Shown here piece after piece: positions 17,491-25,324 of a stretch of 32,000 nucleotides of DNA. Position 1 is the stretch's first letter; the number at the start of each line of letters is the position of its first letter. Location of the stretch: NCBI RefSeq assembly GCF_001457595.1, contig NZ_LN831039.1, positions 2,310,001-2,342,000 of the forward strand, given 5' to 3'. The notes under the pieces were generated by a model. It was given only the letters and a program-made list of their open reading frames with translations. It did no database searches and had not been told where the DNA came from. The position numbers and the translations under genes are program-made. The stretch comes from Mycolicibacterium smegmatis. Its GTDB lineage: Bacteria; Actinomycetota; Actinomycetes; Mycobacteriales; Mycobacteriaceae.

Positions 17491-17817
17491 ATGGATGCGG
17501 ACCCGACGAGTGACGACGCCGCGAGTGACGGTGAGAAGCGACTGGTCATCAGGATCAACTCGAACGCCAAGATGTCGCGCGGCAAGGCCGCGGCGCACGC
17601 CGTCCACGCAGCGCTCAAGCTCTACGGCATCGAGTACGGGCATCCGGTCATCGTGATCGGCGGCAAACCACACGAAATCCTGGAACAGACGGTCCACGTG
17701 CGTGATGCAGGACGCACCGAACTCGAACCGGGCACCCTGACCGCGGGCGCGAGTTGGGAGTGGAAGCCGCGCGAGGATCCCGGCCAAGAGCCTGGCGAAA
17801 ACCCTGACGCGGACTAA
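17491..17817 (+). CDS. Small protein resembling Pth2-type peptidyl-tRNA hydrolase, compact/divergent
   Basis: 108 aa. KRLVIRINSNAKMSRGKAAAHAVHAALKLYG and VHVRDAGRTELEPGT match the Pth2 hallmark blocks (KMGKGKxAAQxxHA, DAGRTxxxPGT). Confidence 0.7.
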   Translation: MDADPTSDDAASDGEKRLVIRINSNAKMSRGKAAAHAVHAALKLYGIEYGHPVIVIGGKPHEILEQTVHVRDAGRTELEPGTLTAGASWEWKPREDPGQEPGENPDAD

Positions 17818-19190
17818 CCGGTGGCCGCGGCGGGTTCGGCGCCGCGATCGGGGTGCGCCAGGCCGAGATGGTCGCGCAGCGTCGTGCCCTCGTACTCGGT
17901 GCGGAACACGCCACGTTCCTGCAGTAGCGGCACCACCTTGTCGACGAACGGGTCGAGCCCGCCCGGCGTCACGTGCGGCACCAGGATGAAGCCGTCACTG
18001 GCGTCGGACTGCACCAGATGATCGATCTGCTCGGCGACCGTGGTGGGCGAGCCGATGAAGTTCTGCCGCCCGGTGACCTCGATGATCAGCTCACGTGTGG
18101 TGAGGTTCTCGGCCTCGGCCTTGGCGCGCCACTCGTTGGCCGTGGCGATCGGATCGCGGTACATGCGCACGCTCGCGCGGCCCTTGGCGATGGTGTTCTC
18201 GCCGACCACCGGATCGACCGAGGGTAGTGGCCCGTCCGGGTCGTGGTCGGAAAGGTCCCGGTTCCAGAGCTGTTCGAGGAACTTGATCGCCGTGGCCGGA
18301 GAGACCTGGGCCAGCCGCACCTCGTGGGCGATGTCGGCGGCCTCGGCATCGGTGTCCCCGAGCACGAATGTCGCGGCGGGCAGGATCAGCAGGTCGGAGT
18401 GGCGCCGCCCGTACTTGGCGAGGCGGCCCTTCACGTCGGCGAAGAACTGTTGGCCGGCCTCCAGCGTGCCGTGCCGGGAGAAGATGGCGTCGGCGGCGGC
18501 CGCGGCGAACTCGCGGCCGTGATCGGAGTCGCCGGCCTGGAAGATCACCGGGCGGCCCTGTGGGCTGCGCGGCACGTTGAAGCGGCCACTGATGTCGAAA
18601 TGGTCGTTGTGGTAGGAGAACTCGCCCGCGGTGGGATCGGACAGGAACACCCCGGTGGTCTTGTCGGCGATGATCTCGTCGCCGCGCCATGAGTCGAACA
18701 GGGTGTGCGCGGCGGCCAGGAAGCTCTCGGCGCGCTCATACCGCTGGTGCTCCGGCAGGAACCCGCCGCGGCGGAAGTTCTCCCCGGTGAACGCATCCCA
18801 CGATGTGACGACGTTCCAGGCGGCCCGGCCGTCCGAGAGGTGGTCGAGCGACGCGAACTGGCGTGCCACCTCGTAGGGCTCGTTGAACGTGGAGTTGATG
18901 GTGCCGGTCAATCCGAGACGGTCGGTGACGGCCGCCAGCGCGGCGAGCACCGTGAACGTGTCGGGGCGGCCGACGACGTCGAGATCGTATATGGCACCGC
19001 CCTGTTCGCGTAGGCGCAGGCCTTCGGCGAGGAACATGAAATCGAACTTGCCGCGCTCGGCGGTCTGGGCGAAGTGCACGAACGACGCGAAGTCGATATG
19101 GCTGCCCGACGCGGGATCACTCCACACCGTGGTGTTGTTGACGCCGGGGAAGTGGGCGGCGAGGTGAATCTGCTTGGTCGGCTTGCTCAT
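17814..19190 (-). CDS. NtaA/SnaA/SoxA(DszA)-family FMN-dependent monooxygenase
   Basis: 458 aa from MSKPTKQIHLAAHFPGVNNTTVW. YEVARQFASLDHLSDGRAAWNVVTSW, FQAGDSDHGREFAAAAADAIFS. Confidence 0.88.
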   Translation of the reverse strand: MSKPTKQIHLAAHFPGVNNTTVWSDPASGSHIDFASFVHFAQTAERGKFDFMFLAEGLRLREQGGAIYDLDVVGRPDTFTVLAALAAVTDRLGLTGTINSTFNEPYEVARQFASLDHLSDGRAAWNVVTSWDAFTGENFRRGGFLPEHQRYERAESFLAAAHTLFDSWRGDEIIADKTTGVFLSDPTAGEFSYHNDHFDISGRFNVPRSPQGRPVIFQAGDSDHGREFAAAAADAIFSRHGTLEAGQQFFADVKGRLAKYGRRHSDLLILPAATFVLGDTDAEAADIAHEVRLAQVSPATAIKFLEQLWNRDLSDHDPDGPLPSVDPVVGENTIAKGRASVRMYRDPIATANEWRAKAEAENLTTRELIIEVTGRQNFIGSPTTVAEQIDHLVQSDASDGFILVPHVTPGGLDPFVDKVVPLLQERGVFRTEYEGTTLRDHLGLAHPDRGAEPAAATG

Positions 19191-19210
19191 CGGGATGTCT
19201 CTCGTCGGAT

Positions 19211-20389
19211 TCAGGCAGTCGCGTAGCGGTTGGCGGGCCTGGGCAGGCCCAGCAGACCGCGTAGGGTCGTGGTGTCGTACCCGTCGCGGAAAGCACCGCG
19301 CCGCTGTAGTTCCGGCACCAGGCCGTCGGTGATCTGGCGCAGATCGTGGGGGAGTGTCGCCGGACGCAACCGCAACCCGCTGGCACCCGCGGCGTGCCAC
19401 TGTTGCACCAGGTCGGCCAGCTGCGCCGGTGTCCCCGCGAAGATCTCGGCGTCGCTGACGTATTCGGACCCGGCCACCTCGTCGAGCCGGTCCCGCCGGG
19501 CCTGCGCACCGGCCGCGGTGTCATCGAGGAAAACCACGACGTCGGCGAACACGCGGACGGGTTCGGTGTCGGCGGGCCGGTGCCCTGCGATGGTCTCGAC
19601 CAGCGACGTGACCTCCTGCGTGCTGTGCGGCGTGATGAAACCGACGTCGGCGCTCGTGGCGATCAGTCGGTACGCGGCGTCGACGTGGCCGAGCGCGGCC
19701 ACGACAGGCTGTCCCTGCGGCGGCCGCGGCGTGATGGACGGGCCCTTTACCGAGAAGTGTGGGCCGACGAAGTCGATGTAGTGCAGCTTGTCCCGGTCGA
19801 TGAACCGTCCGGTGGAGACGTCACGGATCTCGGCGTCGTCCTCCCACGAGTCCCACAGCCGGCGGAGCACCTCGACGTAGTCGGTGGCCTCGCCGAACAG
19901 TTCGGCGACCAGCGCGGCCCGGTCGTCGGGGAACTGCCTGCGCCCGAAGTGCGCCGCGGCGTCACGCCGTGACGACACCTGGACACGCACCCCGGCCCGC
20001 CCGGTGCTGACGTAGTCGAGCGTGGCCACGGCCTTGGAGATGTGGAAGGGCTCGGTGAACGTGGTGACCGCGGTCGGGATCAGCCCGATGTGGCGGGTGG
20101 TCGGTGCGACACGGGAGGCGATCAGGACCGCGTCGAGTCGCCCGCGGAGCCGGTCGGTGCGGTCGTCGGGCCGGAACGGGTGATCGGACTGCAGCGTGAG
20201 GCCGTCCTCGATGGTCACGAAGTCGATCAGGCCGTGTTCGGCCGCACCGATCAGATCTGTCCAGTAGCCCGCGCGCAGCACCTCGGCGGGCCGGGCATCG
20301 GGTTCACGCCACGACGCCGGATGCCATCCCGTGCCGTCCAGGGCCACGGCAAGGCGGGGCAGATGCGCAGGATCCGAAGGAGTAGCCAC
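19211..20389 (-). CDS. LLM-class flavin-dependent oxidoreductase
   Basis: 392 aa. LPRLAVALDGTGWHPASW, FVTIEDGLTLQ, TTRHIGLIPTAVTTFTEPFHISKAVATLDYVSTGRAGVRVQVS, QGQPVVAALGH. Confidence 0.85.
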   Translation of the reverse strand: MATPSDPAHLPRLAVALDGTGWHPASWREPDARPAEVLRAGYWTDLIGAAEHGLIDFVTIEDGLTLQSDHPFRPDDRTDRLRGRLDAVLIASRVAPTTRHIGLIPTAVTTFTEPFHISKAVATLDYVSTGRAGVRVQVSSRRDAAAHFGRRQFPDDRAALVAELFGEATDYVEVLRRLWDSWEDDAEIRDVSTGRFIDRDKLHYIDFVGPHFSVKGPSITPRPPQGQPVVAALGHVDAAYRLIATSADVGFITPHSTQEVTSLVETIAGHRPADTEPVRVFADVVVFLDDTAAGAQARRDRLDEVAGSEYVSDAEIFAGTPAQLADLVQQWHAAGASGLRLRPATLPHDLRQITDGLVPELQRRGAFRDGYDTTTLRGLLGLPRPANRYATA

Positions 20390-20556
20390 GGTCGGTGCTC
20401 ACTTTCAGTCGCGGTCTCACCGGGCAACGCACGCCGGTGTCCGGGTAATCCCGGCGACCGGTGTTCCAGTGTCCAACGGGTCCCTGACCTGCGGGGAGAG
20501 ATCGACGCATCGTGATGCCAACTCTGTTCGCCGCTGCCCGCAGGCGCTGGTTGCGC

Positions 20557-20730
20557 CTAGCGGGCCCGGTTGCGTGATGCCTTGACGGCGTCCACCAGGG
20601 TCCACAGAGAAAGGCCAAGCAAGGGAACGTCTTTCAACAGGAACTGGCCGGTCGATGACAGCGCCGGAAATCCTCCGCCTGCGGGCTCGCCCACACCGGG
20701 TGTGGTGAACAGGAAGCTGACCGTGGCGCG
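20557..20730 (-). pseudogene. 3' remnant of a DUF417 (YkgB/RclC-like) membrane protein gene
   Basis: Minus-strand frame reads RATVSFLFTTPGVGEPAGGGFPALSSTGQFLLKDVPLLGLSLWTLVDAVKASRNRAR*, like the DUF417 C-terminus. Upstream N-terminal part is missing. Confidence 0.6.
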
Positions 20731-20823
20731 CGCGAAACCGGGACCGCAAGACACGATCTGGTGGTCCCCGACGTGCCGAGTGGGCACCGTGGGTGTGGGG
20801 CGGACGGTAAACTTGCCCGGCAA

Positions 20824-22128
20824 ATGGTCACGACAGGCCTCTCCGACGGCGAGCGGTTCACCGCCAAAGGGCGCGCCACGCGCGAACGCATCCTCCAGGC
20901 TGCGGCACAGGTGATCCTCGAAGAAGGGCTGTCCGCGCTCAGCCTTGACCGCGTCCGGCAGGTGGCCTCGGTCAGTGGATCGCAACTCAGCCACTACTTC
21001 ACCGACAAACGGGCCCTGGTGCGGGCGGTGCTCGAACGTCAGATGGGCCTCGTCCTGGACTTCCACCGCCAACCCGCCCTCGGCGGCCTTGACTCGTTCG
21101 ACGACTTCGAGCGCTGGCTCAACCTGACCGTCCGGCAGCTACGCAAGATCGGTTACACGGGCACGCCGACCTATCACGCGCTGGCCGGGCAGTTGGCCAA
21201 GTCCGACGCCGCGACGCGCGAGACGCTGGCCGCCGGCTACCGGGAGTGGATGGCGCTGCTCGAAGCCTCCTTCGAGCGCATGCGCGATCGCGGGCTGCTG
21301 GTGGCGACCGCCCGCCCTCGCGAACTCGCGATGGTCTTCGTCGCAGGTCATCAGGGCGCGGGCATGCTCACGTTCACCTACCGGCAGGAATGGCCGCTGA
21401 GCGACACGTTCAGGTTCATGGTGAACTACCTTCGCCTGTTCGCGACCGATCCGGCCGAGCGGGTCCCGCGCCCACCTCGCCCGGTGCGCGACCGGCGCGC
21501 ACGGTCGGTCGCCAACGACGGTGCCGCGCAACGATTCACGCGCAAAGGGCTCGCGACGCGCACCCGGATCATCGACGGTGCGGCGGACCTGATGTTCCGC
21601 AACGGCGTCCTGAGCACCAGCCTCGACGACGTCCGCCGGGAAGTGGGGGTCAGCGGTTCGCAACTGACGCACTACTTCGCCGACAAGTCGGATCTGATCC
21701 GGCAGGTCGTCGCGGCGCGCGCGGCCGAGGCGACCGCGCAACCCGAACTGGCCGGTCTGGACAGCATCGACGCGCTGCGGGAGTGGGCGAAAGCCTGTGG
21801 CCGCCAAGCGGAAACGGTGTACCTGCGCGGCGGTTGCATCTACGGGTCGCTCACCGGCGAGCTGCTCGAGCAGCGAGATGTCCTCGACGATCTCGCCGCG
21901 GGTTACGACCGGTGGTTGCAGTTGTTCCGGGACGGCGTCGACGTGATGTGCCGCAACGGTGAACTCGGTGAAGGGGTCGAGCCGCGGCATCTGGCGGTGG
22001 CGCTGCTCGCCGCGCATCAGGGCGGCACGATGGTGGCCTTCGCGATGGGCGACCGGGAACCCGTCGACGTGACGGTCGGTGCGGCGGTCGAGTACGTGGC
22101 GTCATTCGCGGCCGCCCGGGCGCGGTGA
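20824..22128 (+). CDS. Tandem (double-domain) TetR family transcriptional regulator
   Basis: Two consecutive TetR units in one ORF: RFTAKGRATRERILQAAAQVILEEGLSALSLDRVRQVASVSGSQLSHYFTDKRALVRAVL and RFTRKGLATRTRIIDGAADLMFRNGVLSTSLDDVRREVGVSGSQLTHYFADKSDLIRQVV, each with its own C-terminal domain. Start 20824 preferred over 20761. Confidence 0.88.
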   Translation: MVTTGLSDGERFTAKGRATRERILQAAAQVILEEGLSALSLDRVRQVASVSGSQLSHYFTDKRALVRAVLERQMGLVLDFHRQPALGGLDSFDDFERWLNLTVRQLRKIGYTGTPTYHALAGQLAKSDAATRETLAAGYREWMALLEASFERMRDRGLLVATARPRELAMVFVAGHQGAGMLTFTYRQEWPLSDTFRFMVNYLRLFATDPAERVPRPPRPVRDRRARSVANDGAAQRFTRKGLATRTRIIDGAADLMFRNGVLSTSLDDVRREVGVSGSQLTHYFADKSDLIRQVVAARAAEATAQPELAGLDSIDALREWAKACGRQAETVYLRGGCIYGSLTGELLEQRDVLDDLAAGYDRWLQLFRDGVDVMCRNGELGEGVEPRHLAVALLAAHQGGTMVAFAMGDREPVDVTVGAAVEYVASFAAARAR

Positions 22129-22158
22129 GACGGCTTCGTACCCGACCGTCGCGGTGGA

Positions 22159-22683
22159 TCAGTGCGCCGGTGACGGTTCCCACGGCGTGACCCGCGGAAT
22201 CCACCGCGGCACATGCCTCCGGTAGGCCTCGTACTCGGCGCCGAAGCGCCTGCGCAGGTGTGGTTCCTCCACGACCGGGATGGCGATCGCGGTGGCGGTG
22301 CAGAACAGCGCGAACCAACCGAACAGCCACGGTGACATCGTCGCGACCGCGGTGCCGAGCTGGATGCAGAACACGGCCGTCATCATCGGGTTGCGGACGT
22401 GACGGTAGGGGCCGCGCAGCACCAGGTGAACGGGTGACCCGATGGCCAGCGTTCCCTCGCCGACGCGGTCGAACAGCACCACCGTCCACACCAGGAAACT
22501 CAGCCCGATCGCGATCAGGACGGCACCCGCGGCGGCCGCGAGCCATCCGCCTGCCGTGCTCAGATCGGGTGCTCTGGTGTCGGTCACCGCGGCGATCGCC
22601 GAGGGGATGAACACCGTCATCATCGCGGGTGCCAGCAGCACCGAGAGCAGGTGCCGCCACCACAGTCGTCGTTGTTCGGTCAT
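22159..22683 (-). CDS. Isoprenylcysteine carboxyl methyltransferase (ICMT)/phospholipid methyltransferase-like membrane protein
   Basis: LVLRGPYRHVRNPMMTAV...VVEEPHLRRRFGAEYEAYRRHVPRWIPR, plus several TM segments. Confidence 0.85.
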   Translation of the reverse strand: MTEQRRLWWRHLLSVLLAPAMMTVFIPSAIAAVTDTRAPDLSTAGGWLAAAAGAVLIAIGLSFLVWTVVLFDRVGEGTLAIGSPVHLVLRGPYRHVRNPMMTAVFCIQLGTAVATMSPWLFGWFALFCTATAIAIPVVEEPHLRRRFGAEYEAYRRHVPRWIPRVTPWEPSPAH

Positions 22684-22697
22684 TGCCGGCTCCTTTC

Positions 22698-22713
22698 TTC
22701 AACTGCCGTTGAA
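22698..22713. promoter_or_regulatory. TetR-type operator candidate 1
   Basis: TTCAAC-TGCC-GTTGAA perfect inverted repeat next to the minus-strand gene start. Confidence 0.6.
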
Positions 22714-22742
22714 CAAAACGGTACGCCGCGTCCCGCGAATAG

Positions 22743-22758
22743 GTCAACGGGTGTTGAA
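22743..22758. promoter_or_regulatory. TetR-type operator candidate 2
   Basis: TCAAC-GGGT-GTTGA inverted repeat (22744-22757), same half-site, next to the tetR start. Confidence 0.6.
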
Positions 22759-22771
22759 CTAAACTTCCATC

Positions 22772-23371
22772 ATGGCCGAGAACCGGCGCAGCGGCCGGTG
22801 GCGCACCGGTCAGCAGAACAAGCAGCGCATCCTCGACGCGGCGCGCGACCACTTCATGCGCAGTGGTTACGAGAAGGCGACGGTGCGCGGGATCGCCGCG
22901 GAAGCCGGCGTCGACGTGGCGATGGTCTACTACTTCTTCGGCAACAAGGAAGGCCTGTTCAACGCCGCGGTCCTCGACACCCCCGAGCATCCGCTGCACC
23001 AGCTCGCGGCGCTGCTCGACGACGGACCCGAGGAGATCGGCGCGCGGCTGGTGCGCGAGGTCATCCGGCGCTGGGACGAGGGCGGCTCATTCGACCTGCT
23101 GCTGACGGTGTTCAAGTCCGCCGACATCCATCCGCTGGCCCGCAAGCTGCTGCACGATTCGCTTGCCGGTCCGGTCGCGCAGCGCGTGGCCGCCGAGTTC
23201 GGCGTCGACGACGCCGAACTGCGCGTCGAGTTGGTGACCGTGCACATGGTCGGTCTGGCGTTCGCGCGGTACCAACTCAAGATCGAGCCGCTCGCCTCGG
23301 CGGGCCTCGACGATCTGGTGTCGTGGCTCGGCCCGACCGTGCAGCGCTATCTCACCGCTCCGGATCCCTGA
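22772..23371 (+). CDS. TetR family transcriptional regulator
   Basis: QQNKQRILDAARDHFMRSGYEKATVRGIAAEAGVDVAMVYYFFGNKEGLFNAAVL. Confidence 0.92.
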   Translation: MAENRRSGRWRTGQQNKQRILDAARDHFMRSGYEKATVRGIAAEAGVDVAMVYYFFGNKEGLFNAAVLDTPEHPLHQLAALLDDGPEEIGARLVREVIRRWDEGGSFDLLLTVFKSADIHPLARKLLHDSLAGPVAQRVAAEFGVDDAELRVELVTVHMVGLAFARYQLKIEPLASAGLDDLVSWLGPTVQRYLTAPDP

Positions 23372-24162
23372 GCCAGCGACCGTCTCAGTATCGCGACGAA
23401 CGGCCGGGGATCGGCATGGCCATTCGTCGCGATGCGGCGCCGGGAAGGCATCGAATCGCGTGACGCGCCGATCCATTCGTCGCGCGTGACCGTGTCCAGG
23501 CGCAGCCGACGGCCCGCGCGGTAGGCGAGCAGATGCAGCAGCAGCGTCCCGGTCCGCCCGTTGCCCTCGCGGAAGGGGTGGATTGCGTTGTACTCGGCGT
23601 AGATCCGTGCGAGCCGGAACGACAACGCACCGTCGTCGAGACCGCGTCCGTCACGCGCGAGCGCACAGATCTCTGCGTGCACCTCCGCGAGCCTGTGGCG
23701 TATCTGCGCGCACGGCCCGAAAGTCTGCTCGCCACGGCGGAGTTCGACGATGCGCGGCTGGCCGGCCCACGCATACACGTCGCCGAACACGTGCTGGTGC
23801 AGGTGGCACACGTCGAGGTCGTGCGTGTCGGGACGCATGTGGGCCTGCAGCATCCGGCCTGCGGTGGCCACGAACTCGACATGCGCCAGTGTCGGGGCGT
23901 GGGTGATCCCGAAGTTGTTGCGCAGCACGGACGTACCGGGGATGAAGTACGGTCTGCGCCGCGCGAACACCGGTCGCCGGCGTGGGTTCGGCGTGCGGCG
24001 GGGGAGATGGGCCGCGAGGTATTCGCCGAATGTCACCGTGCCGCCCAGCAGTTCGGTGAGCGCCGATATCTGCTCGTCGGCCGGCTGCCAGCCCTCGAGG
24101 CGTTCGGCCGCGATGGTCTGGGCCAGGGCGTGGCGTGCGTCGACGCGGAGTTCGGCTACCAC
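23347..24162 (-). CDS. Fic/DOC family protein with N-terminal VbhA-like antitoxin segment
   Basis: Fic motif HPFREGNGRTGTLLLHLLA; YFIPGTSVLRNNFGIT; HLHQHVFGDVYAWAGQPRIVELRRGE. Likely GTG start at 24162, overlapping the upstream stop. Confidence 0.85.
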   Translation of the reverse strand: MVAELRVDARHALAQTIAAERLEGWQPADEQISALTELLGGTVTFGEYLAAHLPRRTPNPRRRPVFARRRPYFIPGTSVLRNNFGITHAPTLAHVEFVATAGRMLQAHMRPDTHDLDVCHLHQHVFGDVYAWAGQPRIVELRRGEQTFGPCAQIRHRLAEVHAEICALARDGRGLDDGALSFRLARIYAEYNAIHPFREGNGRTGTLLLHLLAYRAGRRLRLDTVTRDEWIGASRDSMPSRRRIATNGHADPRPFVAILRRSLAQGSGAVR

Positions 24163-25157
24163 GGTGAGAACGTCGAGGTCGACGCCAGGTAGTCGAGTTT
24201 GCGCTGCAGACCGCTGACGTCGCGCCCGATGCTGCGCAGTGCGGTGCGGTCCTGGGGCGAGAATGCCGACATCGCGACGTGATCGGTGATCTCGCCGCCG
24301 GAAGACGTGATCTGGTCGGCGCGCGTGCGCCACCGGATGCTCGACCCGATGGCGTGACACCGCGTCAGAACGGCCGCGTCCTCGTCGTCGAGAAAGCGGC
24401 CACCGGCCGCGTCGTGGATCCGGTCGGGCGTACCGCGTTCAGAGGATCCGCAGCACAGCGCGGCCCACCGCGCGATGCGCACCACGGGGTCGATCGTCGC
24501 GGCCTTGAGGTCGACGGCGGTGTCGCGAGTGGCGAGCACCCGCAACCGCGACGGCACATGGGCCCGTAGGTACGTCGCGTCCTGCAGCATCGCCGCGAGC
24601 GCGTCGGGATGGTCGCCGACGGCCGTGCGAGCCCGGGCCGCCAAATCCGGCCCGTCGGTGAGCGGGAACGCATCGGCGAGCAGTCCGATCATCACCACAC
24701 CGCGGTCGGCGGCGGCGTCACCGGCCCAGCGGGCGATGCCGTCCTCCCACTGCGACGCCGAGCGGTTGAACCGCGCACGGGCCGCGGTGACCCCTTTCTC
24801 GTCGCCCGGGATCCCGCACGCGCTCAACAGGTCGTGCACCTCGAGCGCGTGGTGCAAGGCCGCGTCGACCGGTGTGCCCTCGTCGCGCACGAACAGGGTG
24901 TCGAGATCGGATCCGGGCAGTGCCTCACCGCGGCCCACGCTGCCCGAGGCGTACCACGTGCCTGGCGCGGGGCCGGTGACCCGCGCGGCGGTGCGCAGTG
25001 CCGCGCGCAGCAGCGCCGACCACGCCTGTGCCACCGTCGCGGCACGCGCGCCGACGAGTTCGCGCGCAGCCGCGGGCAGTTCGGCCGTGGCGGCGCGCAG
25101 ACCGGCCACCGAGGTCGCCGCGTCGATGTGGCGCTGCACGAGGTCGGGGGCGGGCAT
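24156..25157 (-). CDS. Nucleotidyltransferase-domain protein (DUF294/GlnD N-terminal-like)
   Basis: 333 aa with NTase signature YASGSVGRGEALPGSDLDTLFV. Confidence 0.8.
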   Translation of the reverse strand: MPAPDLVQRHIDAATSVAGLRAATAELPAAARELVGARAATVAQAWSALLRAALRTAARVTGPAPGTWYASGSVGRGEALPGSDLDTLFVRDEGTPVDAALHHALEVHDLLSACGIPGDEKGVTAARARFNRSASQWEDGIARWAGDAAADRGVVMIGLLADAFPLTDGPDLAARARTAVGDHPDALAAMLQDATYLRAHVPSRLRVLATRDTAVDLKAATIDPVVRIARWAALCCGSSERGTPDRIHDAAGGRFLDDEDAAVLTRCHAIGSSIRWRTRADQITSSGGEITDHVAMSAFSPQDRTALRSIGRDVSGLQRKLDYLASTSTFSPW

Positions 25158-25269
25158 ACCGGCGATTGTGACAGGCCCACGGGCGGTGAGGGTTCTGCAA
25201 CCGAATGCTTACCGACGGCTACATGAACGAAACATTCGGGTGACGCCGAGGACACGCGCCCATTGTTAT

Positions 25270-25283
25270 CTGTCATCTGACAG
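25270..25283. promoter_or_regulatory. Perfect inverted repeat in the permease leader
   Basis: CTGTCA-TC-TGACAG, 42 nt upstream of the permease start, followed by a GC-rich hairpin (25291-25313). Confidence 0.5.
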
Positions 25284-25324
25284 GTAAGAGCTGGCGGCAG
25301 CGCCCCTAGCCAGAGAGAAAACCC

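Noticed and set aside
20570-20914. Plus-strand ORF of 114 aa upstream of the tandem TetR
   Set aside because: No motif, and it overlaps both the DUF417 remnant (minus) and the TetR start in another frame.
25201-25324. Guanidine riboswitch upstream of the permease
   Set aside because: Expected from the operon's likely function, but I could not match any of the three guanidine riboswitch consensus motifs by eye.
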